From positions 2,859,493 to 2,923,492 of the forward strand of contig NW_003526945.1 of assembly GCF_000181795.1 (NCBI RefSeq): a DNA stretch of 64,000 nt, given 5' to 3'. Source of the DNA: Trichinella spiralis (taxonomy: Eukaryota). The position numbers and the translations under genes are program-made. The notes under the pieces were generated by a model. It saw only the letters and a list, made by a program, of their open reading frames with translations, ran no database searches and had not been told where the DNA came from. Shown piece after piece: positions 48,001 through 61,749 of this stretch (position 1 is its first letter; every line of letters starts with the position of its first letter).

Positions 48001-51000
48001 AGATTAAGTGCGTTGATCCGTGAAAACGTGACAATGTCCTGGTGGAACGTTGATGATCCCCGATGATGCAGGTCAAGTATGTATGTCTGCAGTGGATTGA
48101 TTGCGACGCTCTGACTGACGTGCAGTGCATTTGGCGATCAGGATGAGCGACAAGCAGTTGGCATTGAATTGAACAATGAGAAACAGCGATATTTATACCG
48201 TTGAAAACATTCTTTTTCGAATAAAACTTACCAAATTCCATGCAGCAGCTCTGTGAGATGAATTTTCGATAACTCAGAGCGATAAGTAATAAAAAAATAT
48301 AATTCGGAAAAAGCTTGTCTCAGTTAAAAAGAGAACAATTATTAATACAATATTATTATTTTAAAAATGATGTTTGTATTATATGAAATGGAATGGGTAA
48401 ATTTGACAATTTCTGCATAACCTTTGCAGTTGTTTTCTTGACAAACGTATGAGGAAATTTTGTAGAATGTTTTGTTCTCCATTTTACATCTGATGCTTTA
48501 AATGGTGTTTTTTTTATTTTTGTTTTTGATGATGATGAAGTTATTTGAAAAAGTTAAATGCCGAAGCGAATAGCTTACAAACACAGTTGAAATATGATCC
48601 CATTGTGATGCAATTGCAATATACAATGGAGCAGGATGTGGTGTGTTGATGAGAACGGTTGTTTTGTTGTATTTTGAAATTTATTTAAATTAATTCGAAC
48701 GAATCTGTTTGTGAAATTGCGTGTTGGAATAATATTTGTGTGAATAGATTGATTGAAGATCAGAAGTGAAGATAATGATGATGATGTTCCACTTTTCTGA
48801 AAAATGTCGAAAGCAGCTTGTCAAAAATGGCAGGAGACAAACGCGCGCGGTGGCGAAAATAGTTTGGAAAAGTTCTCGTTGGCGCCATCGAACCGAAAGC
48901 ATTATTGGGGGAGGGGGGGGGAAATATGCGCGCAAAGCTTAGCGTAGAAAAATTCCGAAACTGCTCTGACGTAGTTCGTTTTTCAAATTCAACTGCAACA
49001 TGTTGAAATTGCTCGGCTGGCATTTTCCACTTCCACTTCGCTCGTCAACCAGGACCCGCATATAGATGGAAATAGACGATTCATCTTCTTCTACTAGCCA
49101 GCTTTCAATTCAAATCCACTCGACCAATTTTTCCAATGGAACAGCATCCAAGCCGACTTTTCACTCTTGGAGAGTTTCTTCTCGAAGCTGCTAATCCCAT
49201 CTGAAGGCGGAATTTATTCCGTATTGGTAAGCATCCGTTTTTTACTTTCTCTTTTATTCTTCTCGTTTGCAATTCAACTATTTTTTTTGAGGGGGGAGGA
49301 GTAAGAACAATTTTCACGCATCAACGGAAATTTTCCATTTTTACTCTTCTAAATTATCATATTATTTATGATGTTGTCGAATTAATTAAAAAAAAAAAAC
49401 AACAACAACAACAACATAATTATTTTCTATTTTTGCTCATTCTCGATCAATTGACTGAAGCAAAATCATATTTCATTCATACCTGCCGAAAGGTATTCGT
49501 TTTGCAGGATTTTACTTTTTCAAAAATATTCATTCAATCAAATTGCGTAAAGTAGTAGTTTTTTTTATTTGTTTTGTTTATTTGTTTGCAAATTTCAACT
49601 AAAACATATCATTCATTTTCTGAACAATTAATTATTCAAATTAGAAATGAATTAGCTTTTGTTTTGTTTTTGTCATTTGAGCTGTTTTGAATATTTTTAT
49701 ATTTTTAATGTTAACATTATTCAAGACTGTATTGATGTGAATTTATAAAAACAATATCTGCATTCAAACTTTGATCATTCGTCGGTTGAAAGAGAAAGCC
49801 GGAAATGAGTCGTCATCAGGAAAGTTCAGTCAATTGACAGCAGTACGTGAAATAGGCTATCCTAAAATTAAAATGTCGAACAGTTCCGCCTCTCAGAACT
49901 GGAAAAGCGAACATAAAATTTACAATTCACAAATTTATTTCATAATAAATAACACTTATTTGTGTACATTTCAAGCCGAATAGCAGACGGTTACGTAGAA
50001 TAGGCAAAAAAAAATTATTATTTCAAACTATCATCAATTTATCATTTTTATTTGTAAATTTTCCGTCCTCCTCCTCCTCGTCATCATCATTATCATTATT
50101 ACTTTGTCGTATATTAAACAAACACGTTACTTGCTATTAGAAAAATAATCTGTCAGATGAGAGCTTCTGAATAAGCAGGAAAATATATATATATATATAT
50201 ATATACATGCTAGTTTTTTTTTCTCTGGTAAATTAGTATTTCACACAATTTTAATCTGAGCTTGTGAATGAAGTTGTGGAAAAACTACTACTTGCTTCTT
50301 ATGCTTTCTTTTTCAATGAAAAGCACGCGAGTCGTGTTTCAAGAACAAAAAGATGAAATTTTATAAAAAGCAAACAGCCCATTCATTCACAAGGTGCTAT
50401 ATTTCGCATTGGCAAATTCTTCCAGCCTGGCAGAATTGGATCAATAAAGCTTTGCGAAAATTCGACGCAACAATTTCAAATATTGATGAAAAGAAAGAAA
50501 TTCCACGCTGGTATCATTTTTCAAATTTTAACGTTCAAAAAAGCTGTCACACGTGCTAATTGTTAAGTCATACAGTGACAGAAAATTCTTCTTTGACAAA
50601 TTGCATTGCTGTTCGAAAGTGAAAAAAGTACCACCACATAATGAAGTGATTAAAACTGTTCGTTGTACAATTTTGTAAACTGATATCTTTTTTCTTTTCC
50701 AATCAATTCACCTCTCCATCCGATAATGATTATTATTATTATTACTTGGCTAAAAATTGCTTCATGTTACAGTGGATTTGCAGAAGTAAAAAAAGCAAAA
50801 TACACTTCAACTGGTTCAACAATTATTTTGAACAAATTTCACGTAAGTTTAAAATGTCGCTGTATAAAAATGCCATTTTAAAATATTTTACTGATGACTA
50901 CGCAATAATGATTAAATGTATAATGTGCATGTGTGTATTAATTTTAATATCATCACCGTGATGTACAATTATTTAATACATGAGTGTGCATATTATTATA

Positions 51001-51460
51001 CATTCCGTAGTGGGGATTTTTATTTGTTGAAAACAACGCAGAATGAATCAAAATTTATCAGATTAAAATCTATTAATCTTTTATTATTAGCGCATGTTCT
51101 ACGGGCTCGGCTGATAAGATCACCGAAACCTGTTTGAGATTGATTTGTGTTTGTACTTTAGAATCGAAAACCATACTACAGTACACCAATTGCACACAGT
51201 AAGATCGACTGGTAGCTGTTGTTTCATTGTAAAAATCAATCGGCATAGCTGTCCAGTGAAAAAGCGTGTTTCAAAAGCGAGCTGGCCGACTCGCCGGAGC
51301 GTTTTCGCGGCCGCTGCTAGCCCGCGAATTAGCTTCGCCAACGATGACTGACACTTTATTTGGAATCTGGCGCCTTTGCCGATCCGAGAAGCGTCGTGAA
51401 ATTGCACTACAACGTCGCTGGATGCGTCGCATTTAAAAAAATTTCCCCTTTTTCCCACTG

Positions 51461-54400
51461 ATGGCATCTAGGTTATTTTGTACACTGCCAAATTTGTTGT
51501 TTTTGTTATGTTTTGGCGTCCAATATGCGCCGTTTGTTGCAAGTAGGTTTGCAGATGTTTTCTGATTTCAATTGGACACTGGTTGGTCACTATTTCAGGC
51601 GTTTTAGAAGAGGAAATGTGCGAAAAAACCGATGACTGTGTCGTGGACGGTCAGTGCTTGCTGCCCCATGATAATGCGGATGCAAACGGCACTCGATTTT
51701 GCTTTTGTTCAAAATCGTGCATTTCGTGTGAGTGACTTCATTATTTTTAAGGTTCTCCTTTTGACATTTATATCAACGATCAGTCAGTCAGAGTTTGGTA
51801 TGTCTCTGCAAAAAATGATGATATCTCACATCAGCGGTGGGTGTGTTCAACGTTTGCTGTACAGAGATTAATCACTGTTGACACATTGACATTGCTTGCT
51901 ATTTTGTCGAACTGCAAATGACGTGTAAATAGACTCTGTTATTTTGGGCCATGTAAAGTGGTATTATTTTTCATTTAAAAAAAAGAATATAAAAACACAC
52001 ATATATGCGTGTGTATGTATTATATTTTTTTTTAAATGCTGATTATGTAGACGAAATGTTTTATTGATAATGTTCGGTTGTTCGTTAAAAAGGGGACCGT
52101 CGTCAAGGAGATGAATTAGGTCGTCTTAATTTTGACGTCACTTTTCTTCGATTTCTTTGTACAGCTTTTGTGCGAAAATTTCTGCGGCTGACACACTTCC
52201 AAAGCTGTGTGTGCGAAAATGTGCGCGTTTGAAATAGTTGTGCAAAAATTGTAACACTGGCATTTCGCGTCTTTATTTGTACAAAATGACTGGAATGAAA
52301 GTTATTTTTGTAGACAGCCGAATTTTAATTGGTCATCGATTATTTGATTACCAACGATTCAGTGCAAAGCGTGAAAATACTTTTCAATATTTAAAATAAT
52401 TTAAAAAAAGAAAAAATTCTTTCCAACCGACGGTCTCCACTGGACGAGCGGATTATAAAGTTGCACGCGTTGCAGGATTAAGTGGGATTGCGCATTCGCT
52501 TTTCAGTTCAGCTCAGTTGGACGTCATTTTTATTTTTAGTATTTGATATAATTACGCGGCAATGCGAGAACAGATTTCACGAGCAGTATTATTCATTTTC
52601 AGATATTTTTTTCTTCACTTCTTCCCTTGAAAATCGTATTCGAAGAGTGGATTTGAAATTTCCATCAATAATCTGTTTGCTTTTTGAAATGTGAATACAA
52701 AAATCATTGCACACACACACACACACACAATTATTGAACGCACCGTTATTTTTTCTTGCTCGAATGAACCAACGGCATGTTAATTGAGCAAGTGTCGTTG
52801 TTGTTTAAACAGGTGAAAGTATTCACTCGTAACAGCATAATTGAGAAAATTGAGTACAAGTGGAAAAAAATAATAATTATTTGAAATTTTTAATTAAAAA
52901 AAATTGCAAGTAATTTCTTTATGATTCGAATCCAAAAGCGTTTTATCGATCGTTTTTTTCTCGTTCCTATGAAACTAGTGTACGCTGGATGAATTGAATT
53001 GCTTTTTGATATAGATGGATCAATAATAATAATGATAATAATGGCAGTTTTTCTGTTTGATCAATTTGGAAAATTCATTTTTTATATTTTCCTTTAGCCG
53101 TTCCTGTTGAATGTAGTCGTCATAAGCAGTGTGTTGTCGATTCGGTGGAAAGTACACATCAGAATTTTTGTGACAAAGAAAAGCGCCTTTGCTTGTGTCG
53201 AGCACGCAAAGATAACGAACATGCTTGTCTGAAAAGTAAAACAATCGTTGTTGAATTTTGTGTATAATAAACGAATATATATATATATCAATAATTTGCA
53301 GAGAATTTGAAGATAATTTATTTGAACACAACGCGCAGTTCGGTTTATTTGGGCGAGTCGTTCAAGATCACCTGCTGCGTGAATATTGAACCACGGTCGG
53401 TGCGGTTTCGATGGTTCCACAACGACACCGAAATCCCCTCCACCCTGTATCCGGACTTGTTCCAGCTGTGCTGGACGTTGAACGTGACGAACGCGAGGTT
53501 CGCCGACGCCGGCTCTTACACTTGCAGCGTTAAAACCGACGCCCACGGCAACGCTTGGCTCAACGCCAGCGTCGACGTCCAAGTGCGAGGTAGTCGTTTT
53601 TTCGCCTTTGTCAGGGAAATGGACGGTCAACACTTGGCAGTGACCAAGTCCACGGTTGACCGGCCAAATGTGACCGAATCGCGCTCCGACAATAGCAGTA
53701 AGCTGGTGGATTTGGCAGTAGTTTTTTTTTTATTTTTTTGTTCCTTGTTTATTTGTTTATTTATTTGAATGAAAGAAGAAAAACAACTGCACGTAATAAT
53801 CTTATTTCTGACTGATTTGCGTGCTTTTTTCATTTGCATGCCTTTTTTTTGCACGGAAGAAACTTCATAATTATGCAATTGAATGGAACGTGATACGCGG
53901 AATACAGTAAGAAAAATAATTAAGACACTTAATTGTATTGTAATGGGAATGATTGATTTGATGTGCAGTTTTTACGTGCATATTTTAGTATTGTACGTGA
54001 TGAACTCAGTTGAATTGTCACTTAAAATTTCAGTACAATACTCATTTCATAATCGTCTTAATTTATTTGATGTTCAAGTTTATATTTCATTTTGAGCAAG
54101 ATTTGGTTTTATAGTGGCGTTATTGTCGTTGTTGTTTTTGCTAAGTTATTTGTGAATTTTTTTCGATTTAAATAACTATATTTAACTATCAATAATCATT
54201 TGTATGAAATTGTGTAGACATCTTATATTTTACCGTTTTCAAAAATAGTACTTTATTTATACGAAGTTAATTTTTGTAATTGTAAATTAAGTTCATGAAT
54301 TGTACTTTATTTTTTTTAATGTTTTCTTATTATTATCTAGATTTTTGCACATGTTAAGTAGGAAAAAAATAAATGAAACACTTTAATGATGGTTAGAATT

Positions 54401-57400
54401 GTATTTGTCAAGTGGTGGTGTCGTATGTTAGACGAACAAACGGAGAAAATAGAATTCCAAAATATTTAAAACGTTTCAAAATGAAGGAAATTATGAAGAA
54501 TAATTGTGGAATGTTGTTGATCGTTGACAATAGTATATTATTGTTCATTCAGTGGAAATGTGAGTGTATGTGTGTGCGTGTGTGGTCTGTATGTATGTAT
54601 GTATGTATCTGTGTGTGCGTATGCGCGTTTGCATGGTCATGCTTAAAACTGCTTTTTTACTTTCCATAATGAACGGTTATGTTGTTATTACTTATTTCAG
54701 CCAACTTCTTTTTGATGCTCAACGCAACTGGTTTAAACGAAGCTACAATTATGCTCGATTGGGTGGCAAATCCAGCTTCTTCTGCAATTAAATTTCGGTA
54801 AAATCTGTTTATTATAATTATATATTTTTTGATTTATTAAAAAATATTCATGTTTATTTCCTTTTTGATGTTGCATTGAATAATTTGGAGAAATTCAATT
54901 CAGAGTTGAATCATTGGACGAAGAAGAATTTGCCATAGAAGATGTGATCTCAGCGGATTCGAAACCGCACATCATTTCCGGTTTGAAACCGGCATCACAT
55001 TATTCCGTGTCGGCAGAAACTGTTCCCGGCAGAGGCAGACGACCTGTATACGATAAAGTTGTTGTGCAAACTTTGGATAAAGGCATTCAAGCTTGTATGT
55101 TTTTTTGTAATAGGCTCTATTTATCATTCTTTGATCAATAATCTCTTGTTTTAGTTGTACTTTATTTTATAATCATTAATAATAATAATAATCAGTTCTG
55201 TTTCAATGTGACTGTTTAGTTCCAAGTCCACCGCAGCAAGTCAACATGCGGATGAAAGATGAAATTATTCGGACGAAATGCGAACTTTCATGGATGGCAC
55301 CACTAGTTTCGAACGGACCAATTTTGTACTATATGGTTAGTGATGGTTAATTTTTTTTTGTTGTCTGATAAGTTTTCATTTTTCTAAAAATAATATTCAG
55401 GTCGATGTGTATGGTGTGATTCGCAGAAAGTCGATCAGCCAAGTCAACAAGATGCAAAAGCATCGCCCCAAATCGGTCAATTGTCAAAATCTGAATCGTG
55501 TACCACCGAAAGATTCGTGAGTTACATTTTGATTTTATATAAATAAATTTAAAGTAAATAAATAAATCTATATGTTATTTGTTTGTTGATTGAAAACCAA
55601 AAAAACAGATTTATGCAATGTGAATTCGAAGGATTGCTTCCGAATCACAATTACTCAGCTCGAGTGGTTGCGGTGAACGCGTTGGGCGAAAGTCCACCTT
55701 CGATGGTGAATAGCAAATGTTTAACCAGCTATGGTCCACCTCCTCACATTGAGACGCCGATTGCCGAGAAACGATTCGACGACAAAACTATTCGCATTCT
55801 CTTCTCATCTATACCAGATGATATATATGGCCCAATCACGTATGTTCAGTTTCGTTCAGTTAAGCCGCATTTGATATGCGTATAATAAATATATTGTGGA
55901 TTATTTTGTTTTTAGCTGCTATTTTCTTGCCATTGTACCGTGCACGCGAAATTACAATATGTCGCAACTGCCTCATCCGGTTTATATGAATTTCGACGTT
56001 TACGAACGAACAATGCAAAGCAACTTGCACATCATGTTTCAGCCAATCTTCGCTTATATCTCTGAAGCATTTTACAGGTGTTGTTATTTTTTTTATTCAT
56101 TCACTTTTTATTATCTGCTGCGTGATTTGTTTTATTGCTGTTTTTTTTCTTTCAGCTTGCCTCGAGAGACAATAATCGGCGACGGTAGACAAACCGTCGG
56201 TGATGTGAGTAGTACGTTGGAATTTTTGGGACGTTTTCCGGCCCAGGATGGAGAACTGCAGCGTGGCTACAAGTACACTGGTTTTTTGATTGTGCGCGTT
56301 GATCCGGACAATTTGGTTTACAATTTGACTAGCAATGGCAAACGTGAGCTTTTGCAAAATTGGCTGCAACCAACATACGGGTTCAGTAATTACTTCAAGC
56401 CGGTCTTTCTTGGAGAATCTGGTAATTTTGTGCACGGTTGTTTGTTTCTAGTTGTTCAATTAATTGTCTGTGCTTTTTGTGTCTAGACGTGCTAATTACG
56501 GAAGATCAAAGCAGAGGCTACCAGGAGACGATATATCTGTTGGCCGTGGGATTTTCAGTCGTTTCAGTGCTGGTTGTTTTTGGCACTGTACTTTGCTTTT
56601 ATTATTCGCACATGTACATACATATATGCATTTTCACGGGATTTATCTTTTATTGCACCGTATATTCTATGAGTGTTTGTTTGTTTGTTTAGCAGAGGAT
56701 GGTTGAAAACGTTGCTTTGTGTTGAGACGAATTTTGTGCCGGATCGAAATTCTTTTGCCGATTTGCAGCGTGTAGCGAAGCGTCGAGGTACAGCGACACT
56801 GACAAATTTGTATTGGCATTGTTGTGTATGTAAATTTTCAGATTTTCAACCAACTGCCGTGGAAGATTTGCCGAACGAATATTTACTGCGACACCGGGAT
56901 TCGAATTTTCTATTTACTGTTGAATTTGAGGTGCGTGTACTATTTTCACTTATTCTATATTTTATTCATGTTTTGAGAAGATTTGATTTAATTTCTTTCT
57001 AATGTGTCTTCAGAGTCTTCCAAATTATAATTTCGACACTACAGCTAGTGACAAGTTGGAAAACGCGCCGAAAAATCGTTACAACGACATCAAAGCGTTC
57101 GACATCACGCGTGTCAAATTGGAACGTGTAGATGATGATTCATCTTCTGATTACATCAATGCCAATTACGTTCAAGTGAGTATATTATTGAATTGAATTG
57201 AATATTAGGTTCCGCTTGAATCAAGCCCATGAAATTGACGAATCATGTTCAGGGGTACAAGGGTAGAAAATTGTTCATCGCTGCCCAGGGACCAACTTTG
57301 GATACGGTCAACGATTTTTGGCGTCTCGTCTGGGAGCAGAACGTCAACGTGATTGTGATGGTTACGAATTTGCAAGAACGATATCGGGTAGATGTCGAAA

Positions 57401-58884
57401 AGCAAAAGTATCCACTCGTTGACATGTTGGTGTTGACGCGTTTGTTTATTTTAACAGACCATGTGCATAAAGTACTGGCCAGAGCATTCGCCGTCGGTTT
57501 ACGGCCGGATAGAAGTGAAGCCGCTTGATTGCACCTTTTACGCCGATTATGTGATTCGAAATTTTACCATACGCCGTTGCAGAACAACAGCTGATGTTAG
57601 TAATATGAGCAATAGTGCTGCTGTTGGAAATGTGTTTTTGTCAGTTGCCAGTTTAGTCGGTGAACTTTAGCCGGGATGGTTTTCTAGGAATCCGAATCGA
57701 ACAACCTTTTGAACGGCGACTGTCGTTCAATTGTTCAATACCATTTCACCGGCTGGCAAGATTACAGAGCTCCGGAGGGCAGTTACGGCTTTTTGAGGTT
57801 CATGAAGCAATTCAAGCGAATCGACTGCACCAGCGATTGTCCAGTGTTGGTCCACTGCAGCGCCGGGGTCGGCCGGACGGGCACGTTCGTCGCCGTCGAC
57901 AGCATGATGGATCAGATGGCCGAAGAGGGTCGAGTTGACGTTTTCGGGTTCGTCTCCAATCTTCGGCGCCAGCGGAATTTCATGGTCCAGTCTTTGGTAG
58001 GGCGTTGTTGTTGATTTTGTCGACTGTTCGTTCCAATCGCACGAACAGGGAGGGACTTTTCCACTGCTTTTCAATTTCGACTTCCAGGACCAGTACGTGT
58101 TCATTTATAAAGCTCTGGCCGAGTGGTACATGTTCGGCGATACGGATGTGGACGCGGAACGTGCCGAAGAATACGTCGTCGAACTTCGTCAAACATTGAA
58201 CAACGACTCCACGGGACTGGAGAAGCAGTACAATGTAAAAATTGCTCACTGGTTGTTTCATGTTTCAAAATTATTACTTGTGTTGTTGTTAGTTGTTGTT
58301 TCGCTCGCTTGAAGATGCATTGACGTGCAGTTACGCGAAAAAGTCGTTCAATGAGCAGAAAAATCGCTTCAAAACTGTCGTAGCTTACGATCGAAATCGA
58401 GTCATACTGGCTCCACTGCTTGGGCACGAAGACGCTACATACATCAATGCCTCTCTTGTACGGGTAAGCGGTCGGTCTGTGATTGTTGGTGGAAATGGGA
58501 ATTAATTGTTTGACGCTTTTTAAAAAACTTTTCCACATTTAAGGGATATTTCTATTCGTACATTTTAACCCAAGATCCGCTTAGCAACACCAGGTGGGAC
58601 TTTTGGCGTATGGTACTGGAGCACGGTGTCGCGTCGATTGTGATGCTCACGGGAGAGGAATTTTTAGACCAAGATGAAATGGTTGGCTGGTTTTATTAGT
58701 TGATTTATTAAATTAATTTCCAAGTTTGTTCTCTTTTTCAGTATTGGCCTTCTGAGTTGAACAGCAGCATTTGTTTCGGCGACAAGCCTGCCGTAACGGT
58801 TCAACTTTTATGCGAAGAACAGTCGGCGCATTATTCTCAGAGAAAATTCAAAATTACCAATACAAAAGTAGAGATGAATATCAA

Positions 58885-58954
<70 letters not shown>

Positions 58955-59643
58955 TATAATTAATCTCAGCGGGTGTTTATTATATTATAAATTTGAATCA
59001 TTTTAGGAAAAAGAGCTTCATGAAGTAGTGCAATTTTGCTTCCACGACTGGGCAAACGGTTCGAGTAGAATTGGCCAGTTCGGGGAGCGAAAATCCTCCA
59101 TGCATCCTCCGAGCATTCCAACATCTACTGCATCGTTGTTCGATCTGGTTGGCAAAGTTTCTCAGAGGCAGAATTTGTTGCAAGATGCAGGACCAATTGT
59201 GGTGCACTGTCGGTATGAAATGATTTTGTTTTTTGTTCTCAACATTCCATTAAATAGTGATATACCATCATGTTCACTGGTGACAACAACTGTTTCAGAG
59301 ATGGCGCTGAACGTAGTGGATTATACTGTGCCGTATCTTTGCTGTTGGAACGACTTCGCGGTGAAGGAAAAGTGGATGTTTTTCAAACTGTAAAATCACT
59401 GCAAGCTCAACGTCCGCATATAATTCCAAATGTGGTAAGTTGAATTATAATTGAAATCATTTTAACTGAACAGTAAATTATTAATTGTCTCCAAAATAAA
59501 AATTGCATAAATTGAACGAATTTTTGTTCTTAGTTTATTCGGTCGACGTCCCATTTTATTGCTGTATTATTTTTTGCTTCTTATAGGCTCAGTACGATTT
59601 TTGCTACCAGTGCGTTTTGGATTATTTGCGTTCATTTAGTTGA
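51461..59643 (+). CDS. clr-1: Receptor-type protein tyrosine phosphatase, CLR-1/PTP69D-like (signal, Cys-rich, Ig, FN3, TM, PTP D1 and D2)
   Basis: Signal-like [19 protein letters not shown], Cys-rich exons, Ig domain (ITC..FRWFHN..DAGSYTC), FN3 repeats ([26 protein letters not shown]), and [26 protein letters not shown]. Intracellular [35 protein letters not shown]1 [11 protein letters not shown] and D2 [11 protein letters not shown]. Ends ...DYLRSFS*. The first exons are less certain. Confidence 0.88.
58885..58954. repeat. (ATT)n microsatellite, intronic
   Basis: Seen directly. Confidence 0.95.
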
Positions 59644-60610
59644 AAATTATTTCACACTGATCATAGATGATAAATTGCTGCTTTGATTTGTTGTTTTTCA
59701 TACGTTTATACTGTGTATTGTTTGTTTGAAGATTCACCAATCTGTTGTTAAGAACTGGCTGAAAGGATAAAGATTTATTTGCTTTTATGATTTTTCCAAA
59801 TTGCCAGATGCAAGAATTATTCTTTTTTCTTTTAGTTCATCTGAGTCAACTGAAAAGCTATCACGCTGCCCGAAGTGTTGTTGTTATATTATTCATATTT
59901 TTTCTTTTCGTTTTTGTTCATGGGTTCTTGATAATTTTATTCTGTCATGTCTTTTTTCTATTCATGACAAAATTGGCCAATCGGCATTTCCAGTGGAATT
60001 CTCTTCGCTCTACCCGCACTTTGTTGCCACTGCTGAGAGCTACATGATGATGATGATGATGAGGATAATCCACGTCCAGCTCAGTTGATGTTGTTTCTTG
60101 CCATTTTTTTTCAAATCTTTTAGCAGGGATGATGAAAAGGTAATATCTTCTTCTTCTTCTTCTTCTTCTTTTTTTCTCTTCTTCTTGATTACCGTTAGCC
60201 GTGACGCACTATTTCCAATAGATGTCCGGCTAAATTGTGTTCTAAGGTGCGCAAGTAAGACGATCTGAGACAGGTTTAGCATAATTTGTTGTTATTGATG
60301 CAGTTTTTCGTTATTTTTCTACAATTTCTTTTCACTTTCTCTTAAATCATCGATATTTGAAAAATGAAAATAAACAAAATTGCTGACAATAGGTCATTGG
60401 TTAATTTAAAATTAATAATTCGACTTTTAAAGTTCACAGTATGATACATTTAATGTACAATAAAATAATGAATGCAGATAAAGTCGGAGAGCAAAATGCC
60501 CAGCTGCTTTAAACAAATGAATAATTTAAAATGTATCAACTTTAAAACTTTGGTCCTGATAACTTTTAACGAGTGAACGGTTGGAAAAAGTGAGTTCAGT
60601 TCATAGCACG

Positions 60611-61749
60611 ATGTTGCGACTGTTGGTCCGGTTTTTTTCTGCACTAGCCTCAATGATGGGCTTCGGTAAAGTAGAAACTTCGAAAAGTGATTCCGATCCA
60701 AGCGATGAATTAGAAGAGGTATTGAAGAGTGAAAAATGGTCAGTACGGAGTCCATTGGGAAAAGGCGTCTCCGGTGGTGTTTTCTTAGTAGAAAAGGGAC
60801 ATCTGTTTTATAAAAAGGCCTATGCATTGAAGGTGAGCAGTGGAACATTGCCCCCCACTTAAATGAGATGCAGTTGTTAGTGCATCTTATCATACTTATA
60901 AACAATAAATGTTGAATAATTAATTCATTGTATAGTAAAATTTGTCATGTTTAGATTATGAAAGACAAATTTATGTACGAAAACGAACGAAACATAATGG
61001 AGAAATTGCAGAATAGTTCTTATTTTCCTCAGTTGATTCAATGCAGACGGGGATTGAGATATCATTTTATTCTGATGTCTCAGCAGTTGTGTGATGTTAG
61101 CAAAATGTTGAATTTGATGAAAGAAAAGAAATTTAGTATCATGACGGCTGCAAAAGTGTTCAAAGAGTGTGTTGAAGCGTTGAAGGTGATGCACGAGAAA
61201 GGCCTGTTGCATCGAGATTTGAAGCCTTTCAATATCTTGATCAGCATGGACGGCAGGCGAGTTCTGCTCGCCGACTTTGGTCATAGTGGCAAGTATGTGG
61301 CTGAGAACAAAGAAAAGTATGCATCGTGTTTTATCGGAACGCCCGCTTATGCGTCCTTGAATGTCCAAGCATATTTTGAACCAACGCCGAGGGACGATCT
61401 CTTGTCCCTTTTTTACACTGCGGTTTGCATGCTTGGTTGTTTGCCGTGGGTTGACTGCACTGACGCAGTTGAAATTATGTTTCAGAAGACATTTGCAATG
61501 CAGCTTATACCAACTCTGCCAGATGAATTCTGGAACATATATTCATATTTGTCCGGTGTCAGTCAGTTCGAGACCCCCGACTATGCTTGGGTGATGCAAC
61601 AACTGGACGCGTTGATGGACAAGCAGTGCGAAAATAGAGAAAGGAAATACGATTGGGAATTGATAAAATCTGGAGAATGTGAAGAAGAAATTATTCGAAA
61701 AATGAACAAACATCGAAATCCTCGATGGTCATTTTTTTCTTACTTCTGA
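60611..61749 (+). CDS. CK1-group (TTBK-like) Ser/Thr protein kinase, two exons (60611-60832, 60955-61749)
   Basis: LGKGVSGGVF..YALK, HRDLKPFNIL, LADFG, FIGTPAYAS..RDDLLS (no APE motif, as in the CK1 group), ETPDY. The intron is phase-0 GT-AG. The start could instead be ATG ~60654. Confidence 0.85.

Noticed and set aside
47948..48241. 97-aa minus-strand ORF in a locally GC-richer patch
   Set aside because: No motif and no clear splice context. It cannot be supported as a gene.
19879..59643. U12-type (minor) introns in the host genes
   Set aside because: No RTATCCTT donor was noticed at the splice sites I inferred, all of which look like standard GT-AG. The scan was not exhaustive.
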